Origin: Intoshia linei
Taxonomy: Eukaryota > Animalia > Orthonectida
Reading direction: 5' to 3'
Assembly (NCBI GenBank): GCA_001642005.1
Contig: LWCA01000020.1
Coordinates: forward strand, 1-64,000
Length of the DNA stretch: 64,000 nt
The position numbers were made by a program, and so were the translations under genes. The notes beneath the pieces are model-generated. The model saw nothing but the letters and a program-made list of their open reading frames with translations. It was not told the origin of the DNA and made no database searches. Positions 1 to 13,060 of this stretch are shown piece after piece (the stretch's first letter is position 1; each line of letters starts with the position of its first letter).

Positions 1-825
1 TAGTTGCCATTTTTACACTAATAACAGTACCGTTACTCAACTACTAGTACGATACCGTAATAAAAGTTAGTTTTCAATTTTGATAATATTTCTCAAATTT
101 CAACCTTGTGAATAGTTGGTTAATTTCTAATGTCCTATTCCTATAGCTATATTATGTTACTAGAAATACTCTTTTACATGTTACTAAAAATAAGCTGTCA
201 GTTATATCACTATAGACAGTACCGGTAGGCGGTAGCCTACCATGCTGGCTTGTTGTATACATAATTTGTGTTGACTGCTTGACTACCCCCTGGTGGTAAA
301 ATGGATTCCTATTTACAGATATTTTTCAGTGTTAATTTTACCAAAACGCTAAATAACAGACAAAAATTTTAAAATCAGAAAATTAAAAATATTATTTTTA
401 GAACTGGAGAAATGAACCAAACAATAGTGCTCGTTATACTGATAAAAATGAATACCAACACTTATATGTTTGCATAAACGGTTTTTAAAATACGGCCCTT
501 TTAAATATACACTTTTTAGTCAAAAATTTCAAAATTTGGGGGGCCTTGGGCGACCCCTAATTATTGATATTTTTAAAAATATTTTACACAAGGTATTTTT
601 ATAACAAATCGAAGCTTTTGGGAGGGTGAGCCATGAAAAATTCCGAAGTTGATAATTTTGAATCACCCTATTAAGCAATGTATAGAGGTCAAAAAATTTT
701 TATGGTCCTACAATTTCCATCTGGCATAGCCTATTGCTGACTCTCCACGGCCTTGGGTACAATGTATAATAATATAATTTTTTCAGGGAAATCCAGTGAA
801 ATTTGTCCATGTTAAAATATTTAAT

Positions 826-1560
826 TTAAGATATAACTGGACAAAAATATGGAAATTTTCGTTTAATTTCTTGAAAATCTTGTTGGACTTGTTCGTTTTT
901 TTGTTTAACAAATAGCGTATAATTAACTAACCAAAACGGCATAACAATGATGTAAAATCCTATATAAATAATGTAAATTTTACATTGTAAAACATTAATT
1001 AATTTAGTAACATTTAAATTAAAATACCTGTAGTAACCATTGAAAATATTGACATATAATAAGAACATTGATAAAGATAATAAACAGTTTTGAACTATAT
1101 AAATTTATATATAAAATAGAATGTAATTTGAATATTACACAATCCGGAGATAAAAAGGTAAATACAGCCAAAATGGCGGTATGTAAAAAGCAAACAAAGG
1201 AAAAGGGCATAAATGCATAAACAATAAATGGATTTATTGGTTCGGTGGCGGTAAATATTATCGAGAAGCCTAAAATAAATAAACAAGAATTAACAATCAA
1301 AAACCTATAGAAAACATGGTAAGTACAATGGACACGACCAACAAGCTAAATAAATCATATTTGCAATACCGAACACTTTGCGGGTTGTACAATACGAGAA
1401 ATTGAGGAGGTAATAGCGCAAAGCCAATAATCCAAATTAAAATTCGCCTATACTCTTATAATGATTTGATATTTTGCATAAATTACATTCTATATTGATT
1501 AGGTTTTGGTAGTCCGTGAACCACATGATAGCAAAAATGAGCCCAGGCGTAATGCCACAT
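826..1560 (-). CDS. Small 4-TM membrane protein (182 aa, 5 exons), function unknown; weak TMEM272-like appearance
   Basis: Manual splicing gives exons 1560-1487, 1447-1305, 1269-1139, 1094-1028, 959-826 with GT-AG introns of 39/35/44/68 nt. The total is 549 nt in one frame: MWHYAWAHFCYHVVHGLPKPNQYRMRILIWIIGFALLPPQF...CPVIS*, with four hydrophobic segments and Cys in two loops. Confidence 0.7.
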
Positions 1561-1688
1561 TACAAATCAAAAACAAATATCAGCTTCTGACCTTGGATAC
1601 AGATATACATGATTTAATTACCAACAAATATAAACACAAAATATTATAAACATCAAAATTGACATATTAATTAATAGTCGTTAAATAA

Positions 1689-4600
1689 TCAAAGAAATGA
1701 ATGAACTGATTTTTTGACCAATTTGTAAAATTTTCCATCGATACTACTAGCGTACAATTCATCTTTATCGGAAGCTACAATTATAGTTATATAAACTAAT
1801 AATACACAAATACCAAAAATGTTGGAAATATTTTTAAAATTGTGTTTAAAGGTGAAATTTTGGGATTCGTTTCTGAGAATCATTCCTGTTAGATCATAAA
1901 TGGTATGATCCAAAGTTAAAACAAATACTTTATCTGACCCAGCAGTAATTTGAACAAATTTATCAGTCAGTTGTAAACGTGTCCAATTTCCCTTTATGAG
2001 ATTTCGAAAATTTTTGGGAATTTGAAAATAAACATTTCCTTCATTTGTTAACCCTACTAACTAAAATGTTTAATATAAACTTAAAAAAATCAATACCAGT
2101 GTTCCATCTATATTTAAGCAAATTTTAATCAGTTTTTCCTTAAAATTTGAATTTTTATCAACAAAAGGAGTGCAACTAATCCATTTCAATTTTTTTTTCA
2201 AATTAAAAATATTTGAAATTGAGTTTGTGCTAGTTGTTTCACTGTCTATGGCAGTATCATGAATCAAATTGCTTTTTTCTTTTATATCAAACATTTCGAT
2301 ATAAATTGCATACATGCAATTTTTTTCGTCTAAAATACACACAAATTTTTTTGAACAACAAATGTCGATAGGTGTAATATTATCAAGTTTATCTTTGACA
2401 TCTAAAATTATATCCTTTTATTACATCCTAGATTATTAATAATTTACCATATTTTACAAATATCCATTCGGAATTTTCTAAACTCAAATCACAACAAAAT
2501 ATTTCATTGGCTTTCTCTTCATTGCACTGCAAAATCCAAACAAGATTTTCACATTGATCAATACATAACAAACCATTTTCAAAATTGCCATTTTTAAGAC
2601 AATGTATGCTATAAACTGATCCAGATAGGTCGAGTAATATAACATTATTTTTTTGTTTCATTATAAAATTGTCTAGATTAAAAAAATTAATATATTTAAA
2701 AAATATATATTACTCGTATATATATATAAAATAATTTAAAAAGTCCGCCCTCAGAGCTAGGTGCTGTTTGTACGTAGTTCAAAACAGCCAAACTAGTAAT
2801 TTATAATCCTAATTTCTATAAAAGGCTAAGCGATTCTTGTTTTTTTGTGTGTGTATGTGTGTTCCACTTTATTGAAATAACTACCACTCTTAGAATTTTT
2901 TAAAGATCATATTTCAATTACAGTTTTTTCCGGAACGTTTAATAAGATAAATTCCAACCTCCCAATTTTCCATCTTACGGGTCAAAAACCCCAGTTGTCC
3001 CTCTTTTTGAAAATCAAACGAGTTGGAGAACTCAAAAAAATATATACTCTGATGCGGATTTTGAAATCATAAACATTATCACAAATTTAAATTTAAAAAA
3101 ATGATATCTTCAAGGCCAAAACCCCAAATTACCCTTTTTTTTTAATGAAAATAGCCCTAGAATTTCAAAAAATTTACATGTTCTACAGTTGTATCCTGTT
3201 AACACACATAAAAAATTTCAATCCGAATAAGTGACTTCACGGTCAAAAATGCATATTAGTATTCATATATTTTTTTCCGAAATATTTTATTAAAACAAAA
3301 AATGTGAAATAATTAACGGTCCGAAAATTAAAAAAAAAATTATTCCGATAGAGCTTATTCCAGTTGATATAAATACAAAATTTCAACCCCAGAAATCTAC
3401 GCATTCCCGGTAAAAAATAATTTTTAATATATTATCAACCAATATTTTTCAAATTATTCGATTAGAATCAATTGAACATGTAAATCCAATTGTAAATCAC
3501 ATTTAGATTCAGTTAATTATTGATACACAATTGGTATTTTTAAGTATTTATTAAATTGGTACTGAATATATATCATCAAATTGAAAATGACCAAATAGGT
3601 TTTTATTATTTTATTTTTTCTTGAATTTATGCTATTTATGACAATTTTTAGGATTGGACTGTTTTTTAACTTTATTTTTAATATTATAATTATTTTAATA
3701 TAATAATATTAATAGTAAAAAGTAATGTGATATGATGGTTCCACCTGAAACAAATTTAGGAACCACTCTTTTAAAAGATTGATAATAGTGAATAGTAGGA
3801 TTTTTAAGTTAGTGTAAATTTATTTTTTGGTAGTATAAAAATGTTCCCTCGGTAGAACTAGGCTACGGGGATTGATAATAGTGAATAGTAGAATTTTTAA
3901 GTTAGATTTTCAACGTGAATTTTTTGATATACTAAAAATGTGCCCTAGGCAGAGCTAGGTGCTGTTTGTACGTAGTACATAACAGTCAAGCTAGTTAACA
4001 ATATAAAAAATGTTCTTTTAAATTTAAAATAACACTAATTATACTTTTAATTATGTTAATACTATAATATCGATTAATACATTAACTATCAGAAATTGTT
4101 TAGATTTTGTTGAAAACCCTCTCAGAAATTAAACTAAGATATTAATAATTAGTAGTGTAGTAGATAATTATCTATTGGTATAAAAAATCCAAAACTTACC
4201 ATTACAAATTTTATTTGAACCAGAAACAATTTTCATGTAATAAATTCCACCAATTTTGCATTCTTTCAAAGTCATTCCAGTAATACATTGATTCCAAAAA
4301 AGATATTTACTATTTGTACAAAAAATCCAAAACTTGTCAAAAGAAATGAACATTTCAAGTTTATAAATTTTAGAATTTTCAATTTGACAAACTCTACAAA
4401 TTTCGGATATATGAACCTAAATAAATATGTAAATATTTTAACATGTAAATAAATTTAAAATTACTTGATACCATAAATTTGTATAAAAATTGTTCAAATT
4501 TATACTAAAATATAAAGTGTTTTTTTTAGTAAAAACAAAAATAATATTTTTGTAAATAATAATCCTCCGACTAGGAATATTTTCGGGAGAATCAACAAGA

Positions 4601-7600
4601 AGCCAACCTTTCCCTTCCGGTGATTCAGTAGAAATTTTGGTTCGCACAATAATATACGGAGTATCAAACGTTGTTGCAACGCAAATATTATTGTAATGAG
4701 ATATCGTCCTAATTTTAAAAGGACACGTAACGAGTATATAATTCAAGTCTGAATTTTTATTCTTAAATTGTTTCAAAACGTAAATATCATTATTTAGCGT
4801 GATAAACCAACCAATTTTGTTGTCAACAAAACAATATCTAACATCTTTTTTAATCAGTTTTAATCGTTTTTTAAAGGCATAGCTGTACAAATTGTTTTCT
4901 ACAATAATCCAAATATTTTTTCCATTTCGTGACACTGATATATAATCAGCAATTTCATGCATAAAATAAGTTTTTCGTTGAGATTTATCTAAAATAAAAT
5001 CATATTCTTATATATAAACTAAAAGTTTCTAAACATGTGTCTGTTTACGAAATTGGTAAATTTGAATTTATACTACAAATTAAATAATAATAATGCTGGT
5101 TTCAATCTCTAAATTAAATTTTGAAAAAAATTGTAAACAGGCATTAATTTAATTTTTTGGTCATTAAAATTAAAAAATTTAATATCTAGAAACGTTCACC
5201 GGTAGATCTACCGTTTCCAAAAAGTAAAAAACAGACAAGCCAGTACAAAATAAAAATTTACACTTTTCAATAAAACTCCACATTAATTCATGCTCATCAT
5301 ATGAAATAAAGTAAAAATTGTAAAGACTAGTGATAATAAAATGGTATTTATGTTTTAGTCGTTGAATATTCCAGAACGACGAATAATTGTCTTTATTGAA
5401 AAAATAAGATTCTTGAATATTTAAATTTTCATTGTCCAAAGTATACAAGCACTCTGTATTGTCACTTGAGGAAAACACTTCATCACAAGAAAGTTGAGAA
5501 TGAGATAATGACCTTTCCTTTTTATTTCTCAAAAATTGTAAATTGCCTTTAGAGGAGCTGTATTCAACCATAGATTTAGATTCTTGAGTATTGGCAAATT
5601 TAATATGAGGTTTATAGTAATTTTCAATAAAAAACATTTCATTGTCTGGACTATCACTCGATTTTTTGCTGTGACAATTTAAATTTGTCAAACTTTTAGA
5701 TTTTGTACTTGTCAATGTCATAGATTGATTTGTGTCGAAACTAGATTCAGACAAATTAACATGAAATTTAAATTTTTCAACATCAACAATGTTTAAATTA
5801 ACTGGAGGTAACGGAAATTTACCAAAAATGTAACCATTTTCATCCTCCACTATTTCATCGATAGAATCAATTGTATCGTTTGTTAATTTTAATACGTCTA
5901 CTTTCATAAAACTTTTAAATTCTTGTAAATTTTTGTTGCTGCATTTGGAATATAAAAATATAGACTGATAAACATTCTCATACATGTAGAATTTCAAAAA
6001 TACAATCTCGTTGAAAATAAAAATATTACACTCTTTCTCAAATATTCGATTGTCCGGTAAATTAAATGAAAATTGAAAATTAATAAAATGGTTCAGAAAG
6101 CTAAAGTATACGCGTGAAGTTTTATAAATAAGTTTGTAAACAAAATAAAAATTAAGAGTCGAATTGGTAACATGAAATTTCTTTTTACAGCTTTGTTTCC
6201 TTCCCAATTCTTTCAATTTACGGGTAACCTTTTTCACTTTGCGTCGAGAAAATAATATTTTTGATGTATCATTTTTGATTATTTTATTTGCTCGTTCAAT
6301 CGTTTTTTTAAAATTTTTTTCATCAATGATTGCGTACATCTCATTTGGTTCATATTGACACTTTATAGACGGTGGTAAATGTTTTATCCTGTTGGTTTTT
6401 TGATATAATGGCTTCTCGTTCAAAATTTCATATAATTTGACATCGTAGGATTCCACATTTTTTATTCGAAATTCTAAACGTATAAATATCTAACGAGTTA
6501 TAATAAAAACGTTTCTAATTTCTAACTTTTCACACTCAATTACTAATTAATTTATTGGTTAATAAAAGTAAAAGCTTGGATATGCAAATTGAAAATTTCT
6601 AATATGTTAATATTTTAAAATCTACTTAAATTCAATCATTTTTACTAAAAATCAAAATTTACTAACCCTTTAGGGAAAATTCCTGTTTTACCCTAAACCT
6701 TAAGGGCAAAATCTTCTTTTACTTAAATATGATAGAGTTTTCAAAATAAAATTTTTTTCAACCAATTTTGAAAGATTTTGAAAATAATTTAAATGAAAAA
6801 AAGTATTCCTTTAAAAACCATACCGAATTTTGGTCCAAAATTATCTTATCTTAAAATCTTTAAAAATTTGTTAAAAAAAATTTGTCTCCTAAAAACCCTA
6901 TCAAATTTTAATTTTAAATTTATTTTCAAAATTTTGAACTCAAAATGATCTTCAAAATATTTAAAAAATGGAAGAAAAAAACATCAAACATTAATACGTT
7001 TCTTATTGATACAATGATTGGCAATGGTTTTAATAACATTTTTATAGGGTGCTCTAACGTTTTGTCGGGGGTGTACATTTAAGTTGTCTTGAATTAAGAC
7101 TTTCAATAATCAATATTAAAAATTAATTTCTATTATTTAGATGTTTATAGATTACTAGCTTGACTGTTATGTATTACGTACAAACAGCACCTAGCTCTAC
7201 CGAGGGCACATTTTTATTATACCAAAACAATAAATACATGTTGAAAATTTAACTTAAAAATCCTACTATTCACTATTATCAATCCTTTAAAGGAGTGGTT
7301 CCTAAATTTGTTTCAGGTGGAACCATCATATCACACTACTTTTTACTTTAAAGTGAATTATTCCATCTTAATTTTTTGTTTATTATTTGTTTTATTTTAT
7401 GTGTTAATAGGGTACAACTGTACCACCTGTAAATTTTTTGAAATTCTAGGGCTGTTTTCATTAAAAAAAGAAGGGTAATTTAGGGTTTTGTCCTTGAAGA
7501 TACGTCAAAGGAATGGTGGAACATGTCAATCAGGCGTATTAATGTTATAAAGCGATATGATTTCACAAAATGATGGGAAAATCCTATTCAATTTAATCGG

Positions 7601-10600
7601 TCACACTAAACAGTGAATCACACTAAAAAAAATTCTAAATAGTGAATCACAGTGAATTTCAGTAAATCAGTTGACCAAAGAGATTTACCAAATCACAGTG
7701 AATATTTTCATTCAGTATTTGCCAGTGCATTGAAAAATTATATTTTATTAAAGTGCTCAAGAATTTATGGGCTGTTTGAGTGAATGCATATTTTTATATC
7801 CATTTTATTTATACATTATGTATTATTCTATGAAATTAATTATTTATATTATATTGAGCAGTAATAATATTTTTTAATGTCTCTATTAGCTTCATGATTG
7901 GTACTTTTTTATAGTCTAAAGCCATTTTTAATTTGTTATTGAGCGATTCACAGTTGTTATTGGTCCACAAACTATGATTTATTTTTCCAATGAATTCTTT
8001 TAAAATTGAGAGAGTTTTATCAATAAAGTATTTAAGGAATTGCAGGCAATGTTCTTCCACAAAATTTTGAATGAGCACATTTCTACCCTCAAAAACATCA
8101 TCATTATCAACATGTGCAAGTCCAATGTTTTCATCAAATATATTATGTAATATTTCACTTCTTAATTTTTTATCTACTCCACAATTCTTCAAATAATCAA
8201 TCACATTGTTCTGTACATGTCTACTACATAAAAGTAGTTTTGATTCTATAAAATTATGATAAATGCTTTTTGTCATTGCAGGTTCTTGATCAGAACTGTG
8301 ATTCACTATTTAGAATTTTTTTTACTGTGATTCACTGAAATTCACTGTTTAGTGAACCCCAATTTAATTGTTTAATTTTTATAATTTGAATATTGTAAAA
8401 TATATCCATGATACCAATTTTTAGCAATTAGAAATCATTAATAACAAAAAACGACGCAATCAAAACTACTTAAAATTTGTGACCATAATTTGATGAATAC
8501 GTTGATCAAAACAACAAAAGTTTCCAAGAAAGTCAATAAAAAACTTTGTTTTTTTTTAAATTAGGATTACACATTTAAAAACGTAGTTTTAAAAGATTCT
8601 TCGTCATATTTTAAGTTCATATACATATTTAAAATATAAAATAAATAATTGAAAAAATACAAATAATTAAATTGAAAGTTTTTAAAAATAATATTGTTGC
8701 TTAATTATTTTGGTAACCCCGCGATATATGCCTATGTAATTTTCAGATTGTTAATTAATGATCAACCCCTTCACTTTCACAATCAAAATGAGAAAGTCAT
8801 TAAAAACTTGGAAAATGTTGTTCTGTGTTATGTAGCTCAACTGAACTCAATATCTCGAGCCCCAAAAAATTTGTTTCGAAAATGATGATTGTGTCATATA
8901 TCCCCTAGTCACCTCTCTAAGGCATTTTACATTTATGGTAAGAATAGATTTTAAATTTAACACTAAAAATAGTTATGATATTCAAGAATATAATTTTTTT
9001 AATGCTCAATTTGGGTAAATGAGGCCACCATTTAAAAAAATTTTCGTCGACGCCTCAAAGAGATCCCTCGGAATACTGTAGGTGCTGTCACTGTCCTACT
9101 GTACACGGTCAATAAAATAAAAATAACCTTTGCCAAGTGACAGTATAAAAATCTGTGAAATGATTTCATAAAATTTGGAATCACGCATAACAAATAAATA
9201 ATTTTTATCCATTTTAAACAAAATTGGATTTCCAATAAATCTGCATATTTCAACCAATTTGAAATTTTGAGTCAAATCATAAACATGAAAATCATTTGAA
9301 ATATTTGTAACAATAAATTGATTTCCGACAGAACACATGTATCCTTGATTTAAATTTCTTTCGGTAAAAGATTGAAAAATGGGAGTTGTTTTTAAAAGAA
9401 CAGATTCAGATACATTTTTAATATCATATTGTGCATTGATATCAATTTTTATTAAATAAGCTGAGATTTTTGAATCTTCAACTATATTAAAATCAATGCT
9501 GTATTGTAAAGTTACATCTTTTGATAAATTTTCTCCGAAAACAAGAATATAAAATTGACAATTTTTGTCAGAAATGACAAATACCTCTGATTCTTTATCA
9601 CCTGTTAAATTATTTTTATTTTCATTTGTACAATATGAACTGCCATTAAAATCTTTTTTTAGCTTGACAAAGTTTAAATTTTCAAATTTTAAATTTACCA
9701 TATACGCAACATGACTTGTCTCAAATTCTAATTTAATTTTAATTAATATTTGAGCAGTTACAACATTTAATAGTATTGTAGCGTAACAAGTAAATATACA
9801 AACAATACTTTTCATTAAATTTTTGCAATGATGAATAGATATAATTTTTGATTCACAAATATTTACAGATTCCGATAACACTACCGAATGTCGTACAAGA
9901 TTAAACTTTACTATATTTACATTTCCAGATTTTGTACCAATAAATAAAAAATCTTGGCTTAATCCCCACCCGAAACATGTTATTTCTTCAAAGCGCTTTT
10001 TTAAAATTATAGGATAGTACATAAAAGCACATTGAGCATCAATCACAGATGACTGAATTACAAATAGAAATATACGTCCTTTGTTTGTTGCTATTGCAAA
10101 TATATCCCGTGCAAACATTGATATCAGAATAATTGTATCATATGGTATCTAGAAAATTATATTATTCTGTTATTAGATTTTTGAGTATTCCAATGAATAA
10201 TATAAATACAATCATATACAAAAAAAATGAATTGGTAAGTGTGAAGGTAATCTACAATTTAATCCCCAATCGATTATGGAAATTGTCCAATGCACAATGC
10301 ATAATTACTCAAAGTCAATTACATACGTCAAAACCATTACAAATCTTACAGTGTAACATTACAATTAAAATACAAACAATCCAATCTACTTCATTAATAT
10401 TTTTCGAAAATCCGTTAAAGATTTTTTAAAGTTAAATTTATACAAAATTATCTTTAAAATCACATCAAATTTAGATTCAAAAATGATGAATAATTATGAT
10501 AATAACCCCTTATAATTTATGGACTAAAATGACTTAAGAGTCAGATGAGTCATTATATATTGCTTGAAAAAAATTAATTAAAATTACAACTGTTAATCAA

Positions 10601-12354
10601 ATAAACAATGTAAAGGCCAGAAATTCAAAAAATTTGAAAAGTTACTTAAAAATTAGTTTCGTTGTTTAGTTTCCATTTAAATTGTATTTAAAATGTTTTG
10701 AAAATGAGAATTTGAAATTTAAAAATTGCGAAGGAATGAATTATATAGATTTTCACCTATATGTCTTTATTGGAAACATGTAGTCATTCACTGCATATTT
10801 GTTTTGAAATTATAGCATCAATATTTACATTTTCAATTTTTATTTTAATCGAAATATTTGAAAAATATTCGTTGATAATATATTAAAAATTATTTTTATC
10901 CGGGAATGCGTAGATTTCTGGGGTTGAAATTTTGTACTTATATCAACTGGAATAAGCTCTATCAGAATAATCTTTTTTTTTTAATTTTCGGACCGTTAAT
11001 TATTCACAGTTTTTTGTTTTAATATAATATTTCGGAAAAAAAATATATCCATACTAAAATCTTTTTTGACCGTAAAGTCGTCACTTATTCGGATTGAAAT
11101 TTTTTATGTGTGTTAACAGGATACAACTGTACCTACCTGTAAATTTTTTGAAATTCTAGGGCTGTTTTCATAAAAAAAGAAGGGTAATGTTTACATTCTA
11201 GGGCTGTTTTCATTAAAAAAAAGAAGGGTAATTTGGGGTTTTGGCCCTAAAGATATAATTTTTTTAAATTTAAATTTATAATAATGTTTATGATTTTAAA
11301 ATCCGCATCAGCGTATATATTTTTTTAAATTCTCCAACTCGTTTGATTTTCAAAAAGAGGGACAACTGGGGTTTTTGACCCGTAAGATGTGAAATTGGGA
11401 GGTTGAAATTTATCTTATTATATGCCCCGGAAACAACTGCAATTGAAATATGATTTTTAAAAAATTCTAAGAGTGGTAGTTATTTCAATAAAGTGGAACA
11501 CACAGACAAAAATCGCGTAGCATATTATATAATTTAGGTATTTATATAATATAATAATAAATTGTGTTACTTTTTTTAAATCATAAGCATTATCATAAAT
11601 CACAATTTCAAAAAAGTGCACTTTCACGATAAAAACACCAGATTACCCTGTTTTAATAAAAATGAAAGTTATCCTGGAATTTTTAAAAAAATTACACTTC
11701 ACAGTTATTCCCAGTTAACATACACAAAAAATTTAAGAAATTTCAAAAATTGACCCCTTCACGGTCAAAAACCACTTTATTATTCATTTTTTGATGGAAT
11801 TCATGTTATTTATGATAATTTTTAGGATTGTACTGTTTTTACTTTATTGCTATTTATTATTATATTATCTTATTTTTATTTACAACTTTCTCAACCAACA
11901 TGTTTGGGAACTACTGCTTCATCAGAAATACATTATAGAAGAAAAACTACGTACTATAGGTATTTAAATTTTATTTTTTCTGAGATTCATGTCTTTTATG
12001 ACGATTTTTTAGGGTTGTAGCTAAAATTTGATTGTTTTTAAGATTAGACACTCATTTTCTTATAAATTAAAAAGTCGACCCTTGGTAGAGCTAGCTGCCG
12101 TTTATACGAAACACATAGTCAAGGAAGTAATAATTATAATATATATAAAATACGTTAATATTTATTTCTTTTTTTGAATCTAACCCATAATCATAGATGA
12201 TAATACTTCCATTGCATGTTCCAAGAACAATAATTGATTTTTTGATATCAAAACATGTAAATTTTGTAGAGTCTCTAAAAATCGAAGATTGTTGTCTTTT
12301 TATAAGGTAGCTGGATAATTCAATATGAGGTTTTACTTCGTTAAATAAGGTCAT
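1689..12354 (-). CDS. TECPR2: TECPR2-like protein (N-terminal HPS5/TECPR2-type WD40 propeller, Ser-rich linker, C-terminal TECPR repeats)
   Basis: Exons with consistent phases: 12354-12154, 10148-9128, 6473-~5260 (3' boundary uncertain), 4988-4465, 4416-4200, 2672-2448, 2401-2097, 2060-1814, 1774-1689. The N-terminus FTCFD...IVLGTCNGSIIIYD and ITCFGW...LFIGTKSGNV is HPS5/TECPR2-like. IVRTKISTESPEGKGWLLV and WTRL...FVQITAG are TECPR-repeat motifs, which favour TECPR2 over HPS5. Confidence 0.7.
2807..3994 (+). mobile_element. Non-autonomous Helitron, family A, full-length copy
   Basis: 5' A|TCCTAA followed by a (GT)n microsatellite. The 3' hairpin CTGTTTGTAC-GTA-GTACATAACAG is followed by TCAAGCTAG|T. 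No TSD; homologous copies occur throughout the window. Confidence 0.8.
7155..7500 (-). mobile_element. Helitron family A, 3' portion (5'-truncated)
   Basis: CTAGCTTGACTGTTATGTATTACGTACAAACAG is the reverse complement of the family 3' end; internal modules follow. Confidence 0.75.
7598..8360 (-). mobile_element. Internally deleted Mutator-like (MULE) transposon with transposase fragment
   Basis: TIRs of about 55 bp (CACTAAACAGTGAA...AAAAAATTCTAAATAGTGAATCACAGT) and a TSD (C)AATTTAAT on both sides. ORF 7836-8306 has CSRH (CxxH) and WTNNNCESLN, the MULE catalytic Glu motif. Confidence 0.85.
10700..11538 (-). mobile_element. Helitron family A, 5' portion
   Basis: Reverse-complement homology to 2807-3500, including ATTTCAATAAAGTGGAACACACAGACAAAAATCGCGTAGCATATT; no 3' end. 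Confidence 0.7.
11560..12127 (+). mobile_element. Degenerate Helitron family A-related copy with variant 3' end
   Basis: Internal modules (CTTCACGGTCAAAAACCAC) and the end CCCTTGGTAGAGCTAGCTGCCGTTTATACGAAACACATAGTCAAG. Confidence 0.5.
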
Positions 12355-13060
12355 TTAAAAAAATATCATTGTGCGGTAGTATATATTTTAATGAATTAGT
12401 TGTTATATCAATATTTGCTGGTGATAATTTATGTTTATTTATTGGTAGCGTTTTCAAATTACACATGTAAGTTTTTTGGTCTTTTAAAAACTTATTGAAT
12501 GGAGATTATTATGAATTACACTGATTTTTGTTCTCGAAATCAAATTTTCAAATATTTTAAAATATAAAATTAATTATATAAATTAAACTCAAATATATTA
12601 CACTTAAATATTTAATATAAAGTTGTCTTTATTTTGGATTTTATTAACGATTTAATTTCTCGAATTGTGGCTAAATAGCCAATCAAAATTGTTTAAATTT
12701 TATTCAATTGCATAATATAAATTCCATAAAATCCAAAAAAATTGAGCTAGAATTTAATATTTCAATATATTTAAATTTAAAAAAATAAATTGTATAACTA
12801 AACATGGAGAAGAATATTATAAAGTCGGTACCACGTTTAAAAGCTCACACGCCAAATTTTCGTTAAAATAAAGTTCAATTTTAATTTCTCCATAATATTT
12901 ATAGTGATATTTAAAATGACAAACGCGACTCGAATAGATAGCGTTAAATGTATTTGATTGCGAATTAGTTTTTCTATTTTAAAAATACGCACTTTTAGTA
13001 TTAATTGTCCATCGAATTCTAAAATTTTCCAAAAAATGTGACACCCTACTGTACTTAGTA

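Noticed and set aside
3940-3994. tRNA/SINE-like D-arm (TCGG(C/T)AGAGC) at the repeat end
   Set aside because: There is no B-box or cloverleaf; hairpin plus CTAG|T and a TC start fit a Helitron.
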